64,000 bases of DNA, taken from contig JAGOPD010000002.1 of the NCBI GenBank assembly GCA_017992175.1, positions 46,149 through 110,148 on the forward strand, read 5' to 3'. The DNA comes from Candidatus Saccharicenans sp. (GTDB lineage Bacteria; Acidobacteriota; Aminicenantia; Aminicenantales; Saccharicenantaceae). Positions within the stretch are counted from its first letter, which is position 1. Each line of letters begins with the position of its first letter. This document shows positions 1-9,947 of this stretch, one piece after another. The notes beneath the pieces are model-generated. The model saw only the letters and a list, made by a program, of their open reading frames with translations. It searched no databases and was not told where the DNA came from. A program made the position numbers and the translations under genes.

Positions 1-560
1 TTCAAACCGACAATCGGGTCTCCACCTATCCCGATGGCGGTTGATTGCCCGAGGCCAAGCTGGCTAAGCTGGTAAACCGCTTCATAAGTCAGAGTTCCTG
101 ATCTGGAGATAATGCCCACCGGACCAGGCCGGTGAATACTGGCCGGCATGATCCCGGCTTTGCTTTTACCCGGTGAGATCAACCCCGGAGTGTTCGGACC
201 TATAAGCCATGAATCATGTTCCTTTAAATATTTTTTCGCCCGGAGCATATCAATGTTCGGAATGCCCTCGGTTATGCAGACGATGAGCTTGATCCCGGCC
301 GCAGCCGCTTCCATCATGGCCTCAGCCGCCGACAGGGGTGGAACAAAGATAACAGAAGCATCAGGCGCTTCCGCCAAGACCGCCTGCTCGACAGTGTTAA
401 AAACGGGCAGGCCTAAGTGAAGCTGTCCGCCCTTTCCCGGGGTTACTCCGCCGACCACTCTGGTGCCATATTCTAGCATCCGCTCGGTATGAAAAGAAGC
501 CTGTTTGCCAGTTATTCCTTGAATCAAAACTCTTGATCCGGCCTCAAGAAGAATACTCAT
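1..560 (-). CDS. sucD: Succinyl-CoA synthetase alpha subunit. N-terminal part only; the C-terminus is cut by the window edge.
   Basis: The reverse-strand translation from ATG at 560 reads [45 protein letters not shown]...GPNTPG...SRSGTLTYE, typical of SucD. It lies 24 nt downstream of sucC. It is not in the ORF track because it runs off the edge. Confidence 0.9.
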   Translation of the reverse strand, partial: MSILLEAGSRVLIQGITGKQASFHTERMLEYGTRVVGGVTPGKGGQLHLGLPVFNTVEQAVLAEAPDASVIFVPPLSAAEAMMEAAAAGIKLIVCITEGIPNIDMLRAKKYLKEHDSWLIGPNTPGLISPGKSKAGIMPASIHRPGPVGIISRSGTLTYEAVYQLSQLGLGQSTAIGIGGDPIVGL

Positions 561-584
561 TATCTGCCTCTTTTCCCCTGAAGT

Positions 585-1745
585 TTAAGACTGGCTTAAA
601 CTGACAGCCTGCCTGGCCGCCTGTTCAAACTCACTAACAAAATAAAAGGGGAGATTGGCCTCTTCTAAAATTTTCTTGCCTTCAGCCACATTGGTCCCTT
701 CCAGCCTGATGACCACCGGCTTCTTCAGAGACATTTTTCTGGCTGAAGTTACTATTCCCCTGGCCACTAAATCGCACCTGACTATGCCGCCAAAAATATT
801 AATCAAACAGGCTGTTACCTGATCATCACCAGCCAGAATTTCAAAAGCCTGACCAACGGCCTCTTCGGTAACACCACCTCCGATATCAAGAAAATTAGCC
901 GGCTGACCACCAAACAGCTGGATTATATCCATGGTGGCCATGGCTAGGCCGGCACCGTTGACCAGGCAGCCAATCTGACCCTCCATTTTTATATAATTTA
1001 ATTTATAGCTTCTGGCCTTTTTCTCCTCAGGCGAAACTTCTGCCCAATCCTCCAGACTGGCCAGCTCCGGCTGTCGGGTCAGGCCACTGTCATCAAAATC
1101 CAGTTTGACATCGGCCGCTACCAGCCTGTTTTCGGCTGTCAAGACCAGAGGATTAATTTCCAGAAGCTTCACATCCTTGGTCAGGAAAAAGGCGCTTAGC
1201 TTTTTTAGATATTCCAGACTGGTTTTAAAAGCCGGTTCGCTGAGCTGCAGAAAATAAGCCAGATTTCTAGCTTGAAAGGGAAGCAGACCGGTTTCTGGAT
1301 AAAAATATTCTTTTTTGATGGCCTCCGGATTTGAGCGGGAAAGCTCTTCGATGTCCATTCCACCCTGGCGGCCAGCGATGGCAGCTATTCTGTCGTTTTT
1401 CCGGTCAATGACTAAACTGAAATAAATTTCTTTCTGGACTTGAAGGGCTTCTTCTACCAGAATCTTTCTGACGGTTAGACCGTGACCGCCACTCTGGGAG
1501 GTAATGAGCTTTTTCCCCAGTAAGCTGCCGGCTTCTAACCAGGCCTTTTCTGGCGAATCAGCCAGCCTGATCCCACCTGCTTTGCCCCGGCCTCCAGATA
1601 GAATTTGAGACTTAATTATGACCGGACAACCCAGCTGTTCAGCTGCCGCCTTTACTTCCCCGGGCGTTTCGGCTAACTGCCCGGCGGGGATAGCGATCCC
1701 CAGTTGCTTTAAAAAGTCCTTAGCCTGATATTCATGGATAAGCAT
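585..1745 (-). CDS. sucC: Succinyl-CoA synthetase beta subunit (ATP-grasp)
   Basis: 386 aa. The N-terminus MLIHEYQAKDFLKQLGI is typical, and it sits directly upstream of sucD on the same strand. Confidence 0.93.
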   Translation of the reverse strand: MLIHEYQAKDFLKQLGIAIPAGQLAETPGEVKAAAEQLGCPVIIKSQILSGGRGKAGGIRLADSPEKAWLEAGSLLGKKLITSQSGGHGLTVRKILVEEALQVQKEIYFSLVIDRKNDRIAAIAGRQGGMDIEELSRSNPEAIKKEYFYPETGLLPFQARNLAYFLQLSEPAFKTSLEYLKKLSAFFLTKDVKLLEINPLVLTAENRLVAADVKLDFDDSGLTRQPELASLEDWAEVSPEEKKARSYKLNYIKMEGQIGCLVNGAGLAMATMDIIQLFGGQPANFLDIGGGVTEEAVGQAFEILAGDDQVTACLINIFGGIVRCDLVARGIVTSARKMSLKKPVVIRLEGTNVAEGKKILEEANLPFYFVSEFEQAARQAVSLSQS

Positions 1746-1774
1746 CTTAGGCCCTGACCTGATTCATTGAGCGA

Positions 1775-1811
1775 TAAGAAAAAGGCGGAGCCATTTTCTT
1801 ACTCCGCCTTT
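1775..1811 (-). terminator. Rho-independent terminator downstream of mdh
   Basis: A 7-bp GC-rich stem pairs GGCGGAG (1784-1790) with CTCCGCC (1802-1808) around an 11-nt loop. On the minus strand it is followed by TTTTTCTTAT. It lies about 55 nt after the mdh stop. Confidence 0.55.
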
Positions 1812-1866
1812 TAACGCCTGTTTCTTTTTGATTTTCTATTTGTTTTAAAGCCGGTTCTTCTTCAGT

Positions 1867-2799
1867 TCAGATTTTGCACTCAGCCACAGTTTTGCTAACA
1901 GAAGCAATCGTCTTGGCGAATTGAGCTTTTTCTTCCTCAGTCAGCTTAATTTCAAATATCTTCTCCACACCCTTAGCGCTAATCAGGCAGGGGACGCCGA
2001 TAAACAGGCCCTGAGCACCATATTCACCTTCGCAGAGAGCAGCGCAGGGGAGGATACGTCTTTTATCCTTAAGATAGGCCTCAGCAATGACAATGGCACT
2101 CCAGGCCGGGCTAAAGAAGGCTGAACCCTTGCCGAACAACTTAACGATTTCAGTTCCGGCTTCTCTCGTCCGGTCAATCAAGCGGTTAATTTGTTCCGGG
2201 GTAGCTATCTCCGTCAGGGGAACTCCGCCGACTGTTGTTAAACGGGGCAGGGGAACCATATCAGGACCATGCCCTCCGAGAACTGTACCGGAGATATCAG
2301 CCACTGACACACCGAGTTCCATCGAGATAAAAGCCCGCCAGCGGGCAGTATCAAGAGTCCCGGCCATGCCGACTACCTGATTCTTCGGAAAACCGGTAAT
2401 CTTATGGAAAACATAGACCATAGCATCCAGCGGGTTAGTGACAATGAGGCAAAAGGCTTTGGGGGCATATTGCTTAACGCCATTGGCTACTTCAGATATA
2501 ATTTTTATATTGATGTTCAATAAATCTTCTCTGGTCATGCCTGCTTCCCGGGGCTTGCCAGCGGTGACGATGACCACATCGGCACCTTCAATATCTTTAT
2601 AATCTGAAGTGCCGGTAATGTTAGCATCATAATTACCATGGGGAGCCATTTCCATCAGGTCCAGGGCTTTGCCTTTGGCCACATTAGCATACTGAGGGAC
2701 ATCCAGGATAACTATGTCCCCGAACTCTTTCTGGGCAGCCAGCATGGCCAGAATCTGCCCGATTTGACCGCCTCCAATTAAAGCTATCTTTTTTCTCAT
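1867..2799 (-). CDS. mdh: Malate dehydrogenase (LDH-like family)
   Basis: The protein shows MRKKIALIGGGQIGQ (Rossmann fold) and a GGHGPDMVP motif. I moved the start to ATG at 2799 because AAGGAG lies 6 nt upstream of it. The track's TTG at 2805 abuts that RBS. Confidence 0.9.
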   Translation of the reverse strand: MRKKIALIGGGQIGQILAMLAAQKEFGDIVILDVPQYANVAKGKALDLMEMAPHGNYDANITGTSDYKDIEGADVVIVTAGKPREAGMTREDLLNINIKIISEVANGVKQYAPKAFCLIVTNPLDAMVYVFHKITGFPKNQVVGMAGTLDTARWRAFISMELGVSVADISGTVLGGHGPDMVPLPRLTTVGGVPLTEIATPEQINRLIDRTREAGTEIVKLFGKGSAFFSPAWSAIVIAEAYLKDKRRILPCAALCEGEYGAQGLFIGVPCLISAKGVEKIFEIKLTEEEKAQFAKTIASVSKTVAECKI

Positions 2800-2862
2800 A
2801 AACAACTCCTTCTAATGAGAATTTTTGCTAAGTTATAATAAAGTTATCTTTTAAGCTTCTGA

Positions 2863-4065
2863 TCAGCTCTTAACGTAACCTTCCCAGGTCTCTTTCAATT
2901 TTGGATTTCTCAGCCAGTCTAGTAGATAATCAGTAAAGTCTTTACCGGTGGCTCCAGTCGGGCGGCCGGTAATCACTAACTTCTTTTCATATTGCCCGCA
3001 GACATCAAGAGCCATCTCCAGCTGGCTGGCTTTTTCCTGATAACCAATATGGCCGGCGAGCATGGCTGCCGCTCTGATCATACTGCAAGGATCAGCGTAT
3101 TGGGCCCGGCCTTCTTTGACCATCCTGGGAGCTGAGCCATGAATGGCCTCAAACATGGCATATTGTTTGCCGATATTGGCGCTACCAGCCGTACCTACTC
3201 CGCCCTGAAATTCAGCGGCTTCGTCGGTCAAAATGTCTCCATAGAGATTAGGCAGAACGAAAACCTGAAATTCCCGGCGCCTTTTTTCATCAACCAGCTT
3301 GGCGGTCATAATGTCAATATACCAGTCGTCAGCCTGGATTTCAGGATATTCTTTCGCCAGACGGTAAAAGTTTTCAAGAAAGCGTCCATCAGTGGTTTTA
3401 ACCACGTTGGCTTTAGTCACACAGGTGATTCTGGTCTTTTTGTTTTTCCGGGCATGTTCAAAAGCCAGACGGGCGATGCGGTCGGCACCGGGGCCGGTTA
3501 TAAGTTTAAAGTCAATGGAGATGTCTTCATCCACATCTATTCCATACGGTCCCAGGGCGTACAGGTCTTCGGTGTTTTCCCTGAAAAAAATCCAGTCAAT
3601 ACCCTGTTTGGGAACCCTGACTGGCCTGACATTGGCGAACAGGTCGAGTTCTTTTCTCATGGCGACATTGCAGCTTTCAATATTCGGCCAGGGATCACCT
3701 TTTCTGGGCGTGGTGGTTGGGCCCTTCAGGGTAACATGGTATTTCTTTATTTCAGCCAGAACATCATCCGGGATGGCCTTATGATGGGCAGCCCGGTTTT
3801 CGATGGTTAAGCCTTCAATCGTCGCTATAGAAACTTTCCCGTTTTTCAGCTCATCCTCGAGCATAAAACGAAGGACCCGTTCGGCTTCGGTGGCGATATA
3901 AGGGCCGATACCGTCTCCTGGCAGGATCCCTATTTTGATCGGCGAGATCTGGCCATAATCAAGCCAATCAGGGGCAGACTTAATTCTCTCCATCCTTAAC
4001 ATCTGGTCTTCCAGCAAGCGGCCAAAATGGTCTTTGGCTTTCTGGATAGCTGTCGCGTTAATCAT
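2863..4065 (-). CDS. icd: Isocitrate dehydrogenase (isocitrate/isopropylmalate dehydrogenase family)
   Basis: 400 aa with PGDGIGPYI, TLKGPTTTP and NVAMRKELDLFANVRPVR, which resemble prokaryotic IDH. AGGAGG RBS is present. The TCA gene context supports the call. Confidence 0.8.
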   Translation of the reverse strand: MINATAIQKAKDHFGRLLEDQMLRMERIKSAPDWLDYGQISPIKIGILPGDGIGPYIATEAERVLRFMLEDELKNGKVSIATIEGLTIENRAAHHKAIPDDVLAEIKKYHVTLKGPTTTPRKGDPWPNIESCNVAMRKELDLFANVRPVRVPKQGIDWIFFRENTEDLYALGPYGIDVDEDISIDFKLITGPGADRIARLAFEHARKNKKTRITCVTKANVVKTTDGRFLENFYRLAKEYPEIQADDWYIDIMTAKLVDEKRRREFQVFVLPNLYGDILTDEAAEFQGGVGTAGSANIGKQYAMFEAIHGSAPRMVKEGRAQYADPCSMIRAAAMLAGHIGYQEKASQLEMALDVCGQYEKKLVITGRPTGATGKDFTDYLLDWLRNPKLKETWEGYVKS

Positions 4066-4220
4066 TTTACCTCCTGATTAATTAATTGGTTTATAAATTA
4101 TTAGTGTCTAAAAATTGTATTATTTTGACCCGCTAAAATCAATAGTTTTTAAAGGCCTGACCGGATGTTTTAATTCTGGAAAGGAATAGCTACGGATCCG
4201 GTAAACCAGGAGTAAAAGTT

Positions 4221-4249
4221 TTGACAATCTTTTTTAGAATTCATAAGAT
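4221..4249 (+). promoter_or_regulatory. Sigma-70-like promoter for acnB
   Basis: TTGACA (4221-4226), a 17-nt spacer, then TAAGAT (4244-4249), in an AT-rich divergent intergenic region. Confidence 0.35.
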
Positions 4250-4306
4250 ATAGGCCGAAATCTTTTTTGATTGATCAATTTAGGATTTTTAACAGGAGAA
4301 AGTAAA

Positions 4307-6847
4307 ATGCTGGATAGTTATTATCAAAAAGCTGAGGACAGGAAAAAAGCTGGTTTACCACCTCTCCCTTTAACTCCGGAAGAAACCGGCGAATTATGTC
4401 AATTGCTCGAAAATCCGCCGGCCGGCCAGGAACAGGAACTGGTTTATCTTTTAGAAGAGAGAGTTTCCCCCGGCGTTGATCCAGCAGCCAGAATTAAAGC
4501 CAGCTGGCTGGAAGAGCTGGCTTTAAACAAACGGCAATCACCGGTTATTAATCCATCCCGCGCAGTCTTTCTCTTAGGGACCATGCTGGGCGGTTACAAT
4601 GTCGGGCCTCTTGTCTCTTTGCTTCAGGAGGCTATCCTGGCCCCCCAGGCGGCAGAAGCTCTGGCTAAAATCATCCTGGTTTATGGGGCTTATGATAAAA
4701 TTATAGCTCTTAGCCGGACGAATAGATATGCCAGACAGGTGCTGGAAGCCTGGGCTAAAGCTGACTGGTTCATGTCCCGTCCTGAATTTCCAGAAAAAAT
4801 GGTTTTGAAAGTCTTTAAAGTCGAGGGGGAGATTAACACCGATGATTTTTCTCCTGCCAAATATGCCTGGAGCCGTCCCGATATCCCGCTTCATGCCCAG
4901 AGTATGGGTGAAACCCGTTTCCCGGGTGGAATTGAAACCATCCGAAAATTCCGGGAAGAAGGCTATAAAGTAGCCTTTGTTGGCGACGTGGTTGGAACCG
5001 GTTCTTCCCGCAAATCGGCCTGCAATTCGCTGATGTGGCATATTGGTGAAGACATACCATATGTTCCCAATAAAAGGCGGGGAGGGGTGGTGATCGGTGG
5101 CTTGATTGCACCAATTTTTTTCAATACTACTGAAGATTCTGGCGGCTTGCCAATTCAAGCCGAAGTCAGTCAGCTCAAAACAGGCCAGATCATTGTAATT
5201 GAAACCCGCTCAGGCCTGATCAAAGACGAAGCGGGACAGGCCTTGAGTAAATTTGACTGGAAACCGGTAACGATAAAAGATGAATTCCGGGCTGGTGGCC
5301 GTCTTAACCTGATTATCGGGCGCCAGTTAACCGGCCGGGCCAGGAAAGACCTTGGCCTGGGCGAAGCTGATTTCTTGGCTAAAGCCAGGAACCCCGAGGT
5401 CAAACCAGATCAGGGTTTTACTCTTGCTCAGAAAATCATCGGCCGGGCCTGCGGCCTGAAGGGAGTTTTACCTGGAACTGCCTGCGAGCCTAAGATGACT
5501 ACAGTCGGCTCCCAGGATACAACCGGGCCAATGACCGCCGATGAGCTTAAAGAACTGGCCTGCCTTGAGTTCCAGACTGAACTTTTCATGCAATCCTTCT
5601 GTCACACGGCTGCCTACCCGAAACTGACCGATGTCAAAATGCATCAGAGCTTGGCCGCCTTCGTCATCGACAGAAAGGGAGTAGCTCTGAAACCAGGAGA
5701 TGGCATTATCCATTCCTGGCTGAACCGTTTAATTCTGCCTGACACGGTTGGAACTGGCGGAGATTCACATACCCGGTTTCCGGTTGGCTTGAGCTTCCCG
5801 GCCGGCTCCGGTCTGGTCGCTTTTGCCGGGGCCCTCGGCTTTATGCCTCTTGATGTCCCCGAATCAGTTCTGGTCAAATTTTCGGGTAAATTGAATCCGG
5901 CTATTACTCTGAGGGATGTGGTTAATGCTGTTCCTTATTTTGCCATAAAGAAGGGCTTATTGACTGTTGCCAAGAAAAGCAAAAAGAATATTTTTAACGG
6001 CCGGATACTTGAAATAGAAGGTCTGGAAGATTTAACTGCCGAGCAAGCTTACGAGCTAACCGATGCTTCAGCTGAAAGATCCGCGGCGGCCGCGATCATT
6101 TCACTCCGGGAAGAGAGGGTGGTTGAGTATTTAAAGAGCAACATTGCCCTGATGAAAAAAATGATTGAAGCCGGTTATCAGGAGGCCTCAACTCTCGAGA
6201 AAAGAATAAAAGCGGCTGAAGACTGGTTAAGGAATCCGGTTCTTTTAAAGCGGGATCCTGAAGCTAATTATGCCGCTATTCTGGAAATAGACCTGGCCGA
6301 AATTAAGGAGCCAATTCTGGCCTGTCCCAATGACCCGGACGATGTTAAGTATTTGTCAGAGGTTGCCGGGGACAAAATTGACGAAGTCTTTATCGGCTCC
6401 TGTATGACCAACGTTGGCCACTTCCGGGCAGCGGCCCGCCTGTTTGACGGGGCTCCTTACCCGGCCACCAGAGTCTGGATTACTCCGCCCACCAGGATGG
6501 ACCAGCTGCAGTTAAAGAAAGAAGGACTGCTGGCTACTTTTGCTCAGGTAGGAGCGCGAGTGGAAATACCTGGCTGTTCTCTTTGTATGGGTAACCAGGC
6601 CAGAGTCAGGCCAGGCAGTACGGTTATTTCTACCTCCACCAGGAATTTTGACAACCGCCTGGGAGATGGAGCCAGGGTTTATTTGGGATCGGCCGAGCTG
6701 GCGGCCATAACAGCCATCAAAGGGGAATTGCCCTCAGCCGCAGAATATTTTACCTTGATGAAAAATAAAATTTTGCCTTATGCTGGTGACATTTACCGTT
6801 ATCTTGAGTTTCATAAGATGAGTGATTTCAGTTTAATTCAAAACTAA
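4307..6847 (+). CDS. acnB: Aconitate hydratase B (bifunctional aconitase 2 / 2-methylisocitrate dehydratase type)
   Basis: The N-terminus MLDSYYQKAEDRKKAGLPPLPL...LLENPPAGQEQ...SPGVDPAA parallels the AcnB HEAT-like N-domain. The length fits AcnB, and Fe-S ligand Cys motifs are present (GSCMTN, CSLCMGNQ). I moved the start to ATG at 4307, behind AGGAGA. Confidence 0.9.
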   Translation: MLDSYYQKAEDRKKAGLPPLPLTPEETGELCQLLENPPAGQEQELVYLLEERVSPGVDPAARIKASWLEELALNKRQSPVINPSRAVFLLGTMLGGYNVGPLVSLLQEAILAPQAAEALAKIILVYGAYDKIIALSRTNRYARQVLEAWAKADWFMSRPEFPEKMVLKVFKVEGEINTDDFSPAKYAWSRPDIPLHAQSMGETRFPGGIETIRKFREEGYKVAFVGDVVGTGSSRKSACNSLMWHIGEDIPYVPNKRRGGVVIGGLIAPIFFNTTEDSGGLPIQAEVSQLKTGQIIVIETRSGLIKDEAGQALSKFDWKPVTIKDEFRAGGRLNLIIGRQLTGRARKDLGLGEADFLAKARNPEVKPDQGFTLAQKIIGRACGLKGVLPGTACEPKMTTVGSQDTTGPMTADELKELACLEFQTELFMQSFCHTAAYPKLTDVKMHQSLAAFVIDRKGVALKPGDGIIHSWLNRLILPDTVGTGGDSHTRFPVGLSFPAGSGLVAFAGALGFMPLDVPESVLVKFSGKLNPAITLRDVVNAVPYFAIKKGLLTVAKKSKKNIFNGRILEIEGLEDLTAEQAYELTDASAERSAAAAIISLREERVVEYLKSNIALMKKMIEAGYQEASTLEKRIKAAEDWLRNPVLLKRDPEANYAAILEIDLAEIKEPILACPNDPDDVKYLSEVAGDKIDEVFIGSCMTNVGHFRAAARLFDGAPYPATRVWITPPTRMDQLQLKKEGLLATFAQVGARVEIPGCSLCMGNQARVRPGSTVISTSTRNFDNRLGDGARVYLGSAELAAITAIKGELPSAAEYFTLMKNKILPYAGDIYRYLEFHKMSDFSLIQN

Positions 6848-6888
6848 GGGAGCATGAACCGGGAAAGGTTGAAAGTGGCAGGTGACAG

Positions 6889-7656
6889 ATGAGCCTAATT
6901 AATTTAAAAGGGAAAAAGGCTTTAGTTACAGGGGGTTCCAGAGGGATAGGGCGGGCAACAGCCAGGTTTCTGGCTGAAGCCGGAGCGGAGGTAGCTGTCC
7001 ATTATAAGAGTAACCTGGAGGCAGCCCTCGGGATCAGGCAGGAGATTGAGGGTCAGGGGGGAAAATGCCTGGTCGTTCAGGCTAACATGGCTAACAAAAA
7101 AGAAGTGGATCGAATGGTGGCTGACTGCCTGAAAGCCTGGGGAACAATAGATATCCTGATCAATAATGCCGGCATCTGGACCTACGGGGAAATTGGCCGG
7201 ATGACCGAAGAAACGTGGCGGGAGACAATGGCAGTTAATCTCGACGGCGTCTTTTATGCTACCAATGCTGTTGTTCCGGCCATGAAGCAAAGCAGGCGCG
7301 GCTGGATAGTCAATGTGGCTTCGACGGCCGCCGTCAGGGGTGAAGCTTTTCATTCCCATTATGCTGCCAGCAAGGGTGCCATGGTGGCTATGACCAAATC
7401 ACTGGCGGTTGAGCTGGCTCCCTATAACATCCTGGTTAACTGCGTTGCCCCTGGCTGGGTAGAAACCGAGATGAACACCGAAGTTTTTAAAGATCCTGGC
7501 TATAAAGAAAAGATAAGACAATCAATACCGCTCAAAAGAATTCCGGATCCAGAAGATATAGCCGGGCCAATATTATTCCTGGTCTCTGACCTGGCCAGGC
7601 ATATAACCGGTGAGACTTTGAATGTCAATGGGGGGGCAGTTTTAGCCGGCGGTTAA
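6889..7656 (+). CDS. SDR-family oxidoreductase (3-oxoacyl-ACP reductase-like)
   Basis: TGGSRGIG cofactor motif, NNAG, and the catalytic YAASK. Confidence 0.85.
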   Translation: MSLINLKGKKALVTGGSRGIGRATARFLAEAGAEVAVHYKSNLEAALGIRQEIEGQGGKCLVVQANMANKKEVDRMVADCLKAWGTIDILINNAGIWTYGEIGRMTEETWRETMAVNLDGVFYATNAVVPAMKQSRRGWIVNVASTAAVRGEAFHSHYAASKGAMVAMTKSLAVELAPYNILVNCVAPGWVETEMNTEVFKDPGYKEKIRQSIPLKRIPDPEDIAGPILFLVSDLARHITGETLNVNGGAVLAGG

Positions 7657-7717
7657 AAATAGTTGCCAAGATTCAATTTTTTTGCTATTTATAAGACAAA
7701 AATAAAGGAGGGACAAA

Positions 7718-7975
7718 ATGGAGGAGGTGGAAATTGGGCGAATTAGCCATTATTTCTCAAAAATTCAGGTCGGAGTAGCCAGGATAACAGGCCAGAGGTT
7801 AAAAGTCGGAGACGTGGTTCATATTAAAGGCCATAGTTCAGATTTTTTTCAGAAAATTGAATCAATGCAAATTGAGCACCAGCCGGTGGAAGAAGCCCGG
7901 ACCGGGGAAGAAGTGGCTTTCAAGGTTGAGATGCCGGTCAGGGAAAACGACCTGATCTTTAAAGTTCAGGAATAG
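7718..7975 (+). CDS. Small stand-alone EF-Tu domain-II-like beta-barrel protein (translation elongation factor-like protein)
   Basis: 85 aa. The pattern GRISHYFSKIQVGVARITGQRLKVGDVVHIKG...EEARTGEEVAFKV resembles the translation-factor domain II fold. AAGGAGGG RBS is present. Confidence 0.55.
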   Translation: MEEVEIGRISHYFSKIQVGVARITGQRLKVGDVVHIKGHSSDFFQKIESMQIEHQPVEEARTGEEVAFKVEMPVRENDLIFKVQE

Positions 7976-8056
7976 CCATTGAGGGGAGAGACGGAGCTTA
8001 ATTTATCTTCAGGGTTGACAGCCGGAGGCCAAATATGATATTTAAGGTAAAAGAAA

Positions 8057-8950
8057 ATGGCTAAAAAGTATGTTTCGATAGTCATCGTTCCGAACTGGAA
8101 GACCCATTTCAAGACTGTAAATATCTCTCAAAAAGCCATCCGGGCTATTTTAGGCGCCAGTATAGCCTTCGCCGTTATCTTTGTCTTCTTTCTTCTTGAT
8201 TACTTTTCCATGACCATGACCAAAGCCAAGTACCGGGAACTCCTCAAGGATACGGCTGCTCAAAAAGAAACCATAGCCGGTTATGAAAACACCATTGCCC
8301 AGATGAAAGAAACCATTACCAATTTTGAAAACTATGCGCGCAAAATTAACGTTCTGGCGGGAATTCAATCTCCTAACAACATAGAAGGGGAACCGGGTAT
8401 TGGCGGCGGGGAAAGAGTCGATCTCAATTTGACCAGTAAGACAAATAAAGAAGTTACTCCTGGAGCTATTCAATCTATCAAGCAGAGAGCTGAATCGGTG
8501 GAGAAAAACCTTAATTACATGTACCAGTTTTTTGAAAACCAATCGACCACTCTGGCCACTACTCCGACCATCTGGCCAACTGTCGGCTGGGTTTCCTCCT
8601 CTTTCGGTTCGAGAATTGATCCTTATACCGGCCGGAATGCCTTTCACACCGGTTTAGACATCGCCACTAATCTAAATAATCCAGTGGTGGCTACCGCCAA
8701 CGGAGTTGTTGTTCAAGTTGGTTTTGATAAGTTCAAGGGAAATTTTATCTGTATCAGTCATGGCAACGGGCTGTCAACTGAATACTGGCATCTCCAAAAA
8801 TATGCGGTCAAAGTCAGTCAAAAAATTAACCGGGGGCAGGTTATAGGTTATGTTGGCCAGACCGGAAAAGCCCTTGGGCCTCACCTTCATTATGAAGTTC
8901 ATTTAAATAGCAAGCCGATTAACCCGATTGATTATGTAATTGAAGAATAG
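8057..8950 (+). CDS. M23 family metallopeptidase (peptidoglycan endopeptidase) with N-terminal TM segment and coiled coil
   Basis: HTGLDIA and GPHLHYEV zinc motifs, plus a TM helix near residues 30-50. Confidence 0.85.
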   Translation: MAKKYVSIVIVPNWKTHFKTVNISQKAIRAILGASIAFAVIFVFFLLDYFSMTMTKAKYRELLKDTAAQKETIAGYENTIAQMKETITNFENYARKINVLAGIQSPNNIEGEPGIGGGERVDLNLTSKTNKEVTPGAIQSIKQRAESVEKNLNYMYQFFENQSTTLATTPTIWPTVGWVSSSFGSRIDPYTGRNAFHTGLDIATNLNNPVVATANGVVVQVGFDKFKGNFICISHGNGLSTEYWHLQKYAVKVSQKINRGQVIGYVGQTGKALGPHLHYEVHLNSKPINPIDYVIEE

Positions 8951-9014
8951 CCTTCCAATTCAGGGCAGAACGGTAAAATAAGACAGATGGCTAAAAGGGC
9001 CCTGGCAGATTGTT

Positions 9015-9947
9015 TCAACCAAGCTTGCTGCCGGTTTTGATTTTTCCGTTCAGGCTAAAAGCATAAGCAAGCATTTCTTTCTTGCTTTCCGGTTTTATCT
9101 TTTCGATCAGATAGATGGTGTTCTGGCCGCAGGCCACATAGATACCGGGCTTATCAATTTGAATGATTTCAGCCGGTGATGAGGCTGTATAGGCTCCGGT
9201 CAGAGGCTGTCCTGATAGGATTTCAAATTTTTTGCCAGCCAGATAGCTATAAGCACCAGGCCAGGGGAAAAAGGCTCTGACCTTTAGATCAATGGCCTGA
9301 GCTGGTTCCAGCCAGTTTATTTGCCCTTGCTCTTTGGTTAATTTTGGAGCGTAAGTAGCCAGTTCAGCTGCCTGAGGGACTGGCCTGATTTCACCTATTC
9401 TGGCCAGCGTATTGACTAAAAGCCGGGCTCCAAGATAAGACAGTCTAATCTCCAGTTCACGGGCATTTTCCCCGGGCAGGATTTCGACTTCTTCTTGAGC
9501 CAGGATTGGGCCCTGGTCCATTTTTTCATTCAGTTCCATAATGGTGACGCCGGTTGTTCTGTCTCCATTGAGAATAGCCCACTGGACAGGAGCGGCTCCC
9601 CGGTATTTAGGGAGAAGAGAAAAATGGACGTTAAGAGTTTTAAAAGGAGGCAGGTAAATGACCGAAGCTGGTATGATTTGACCATAGGCCACGACCACAT
9701 TAACTTCAGGTCCAGCCTGCTTAAGGGCGGTCAAGACCTGATCATCGGCTTTGATTTTTTCAGGTTGAAGACAGGGCAAGCCATGGTCCTGAGCAAAGAC
9801 TTTAACCGGCGGAGCGGTTACTTTTTTCCCCCGGCCAGCCGGCCGATCAGGCTGGGTAATAACCAGCTTTATTTCATGCCCGGCCTGAATTAGGCTATTC
9901 AGGGTTGGCAGGGCGATGGTTGGACTGCCAAAAAAGGCAATCTTCAT
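9015..9947 (-). CDS. fmt: Methionyl-tRNA formyltransferase
   Basis: HFSLLPKYRGAAPVQWAI motif. It has a 4-nt ATGA overlap with def. Confidence 0.92.
   Translation of the reverse strand: MKIAFFGSPTIALPTLNSLIQAGHEIKLVITQPDRPAGRGKKVTAPPVKVFAQDHGLPCLQPEKIKADDQVLTALKQAGPEVNVVVAYGQIIPASVIYLPPFKTLNVHFSLLPKYRGAAPVQWAILNGDRTTGVTIMELNEKMDQGPILAQEEVEILPGENARELEIRLSYLGARLLVNTLARIGEIRPVPQAAELATYAPKLTKEQGQINWLEPAQAIDLKVRAFFPWPGAYSYLAGKKFEILSGQPLTGAYTASSPAEIIQIDKPGIYVACGQNTIYLIEKIKPESKKEMLAYAFSLNGKIKTGSKLG

Noticed and set aside
3139-3810. Long antisense or alternate-frame ORFs lie inside well-supported genes. Examples are 3139-3810, 4574-5158, 8150-8647, 22303-22833, 28840-29475, 53790-54359 and 61888-62352.
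   Set aside because: Each lies wholly within a longer ORF that carries recognisable family motifs. Their products are Arg/Ser/Pro/Gly-rich with no motifs. They are typical shadow ORFs of coding sequence.
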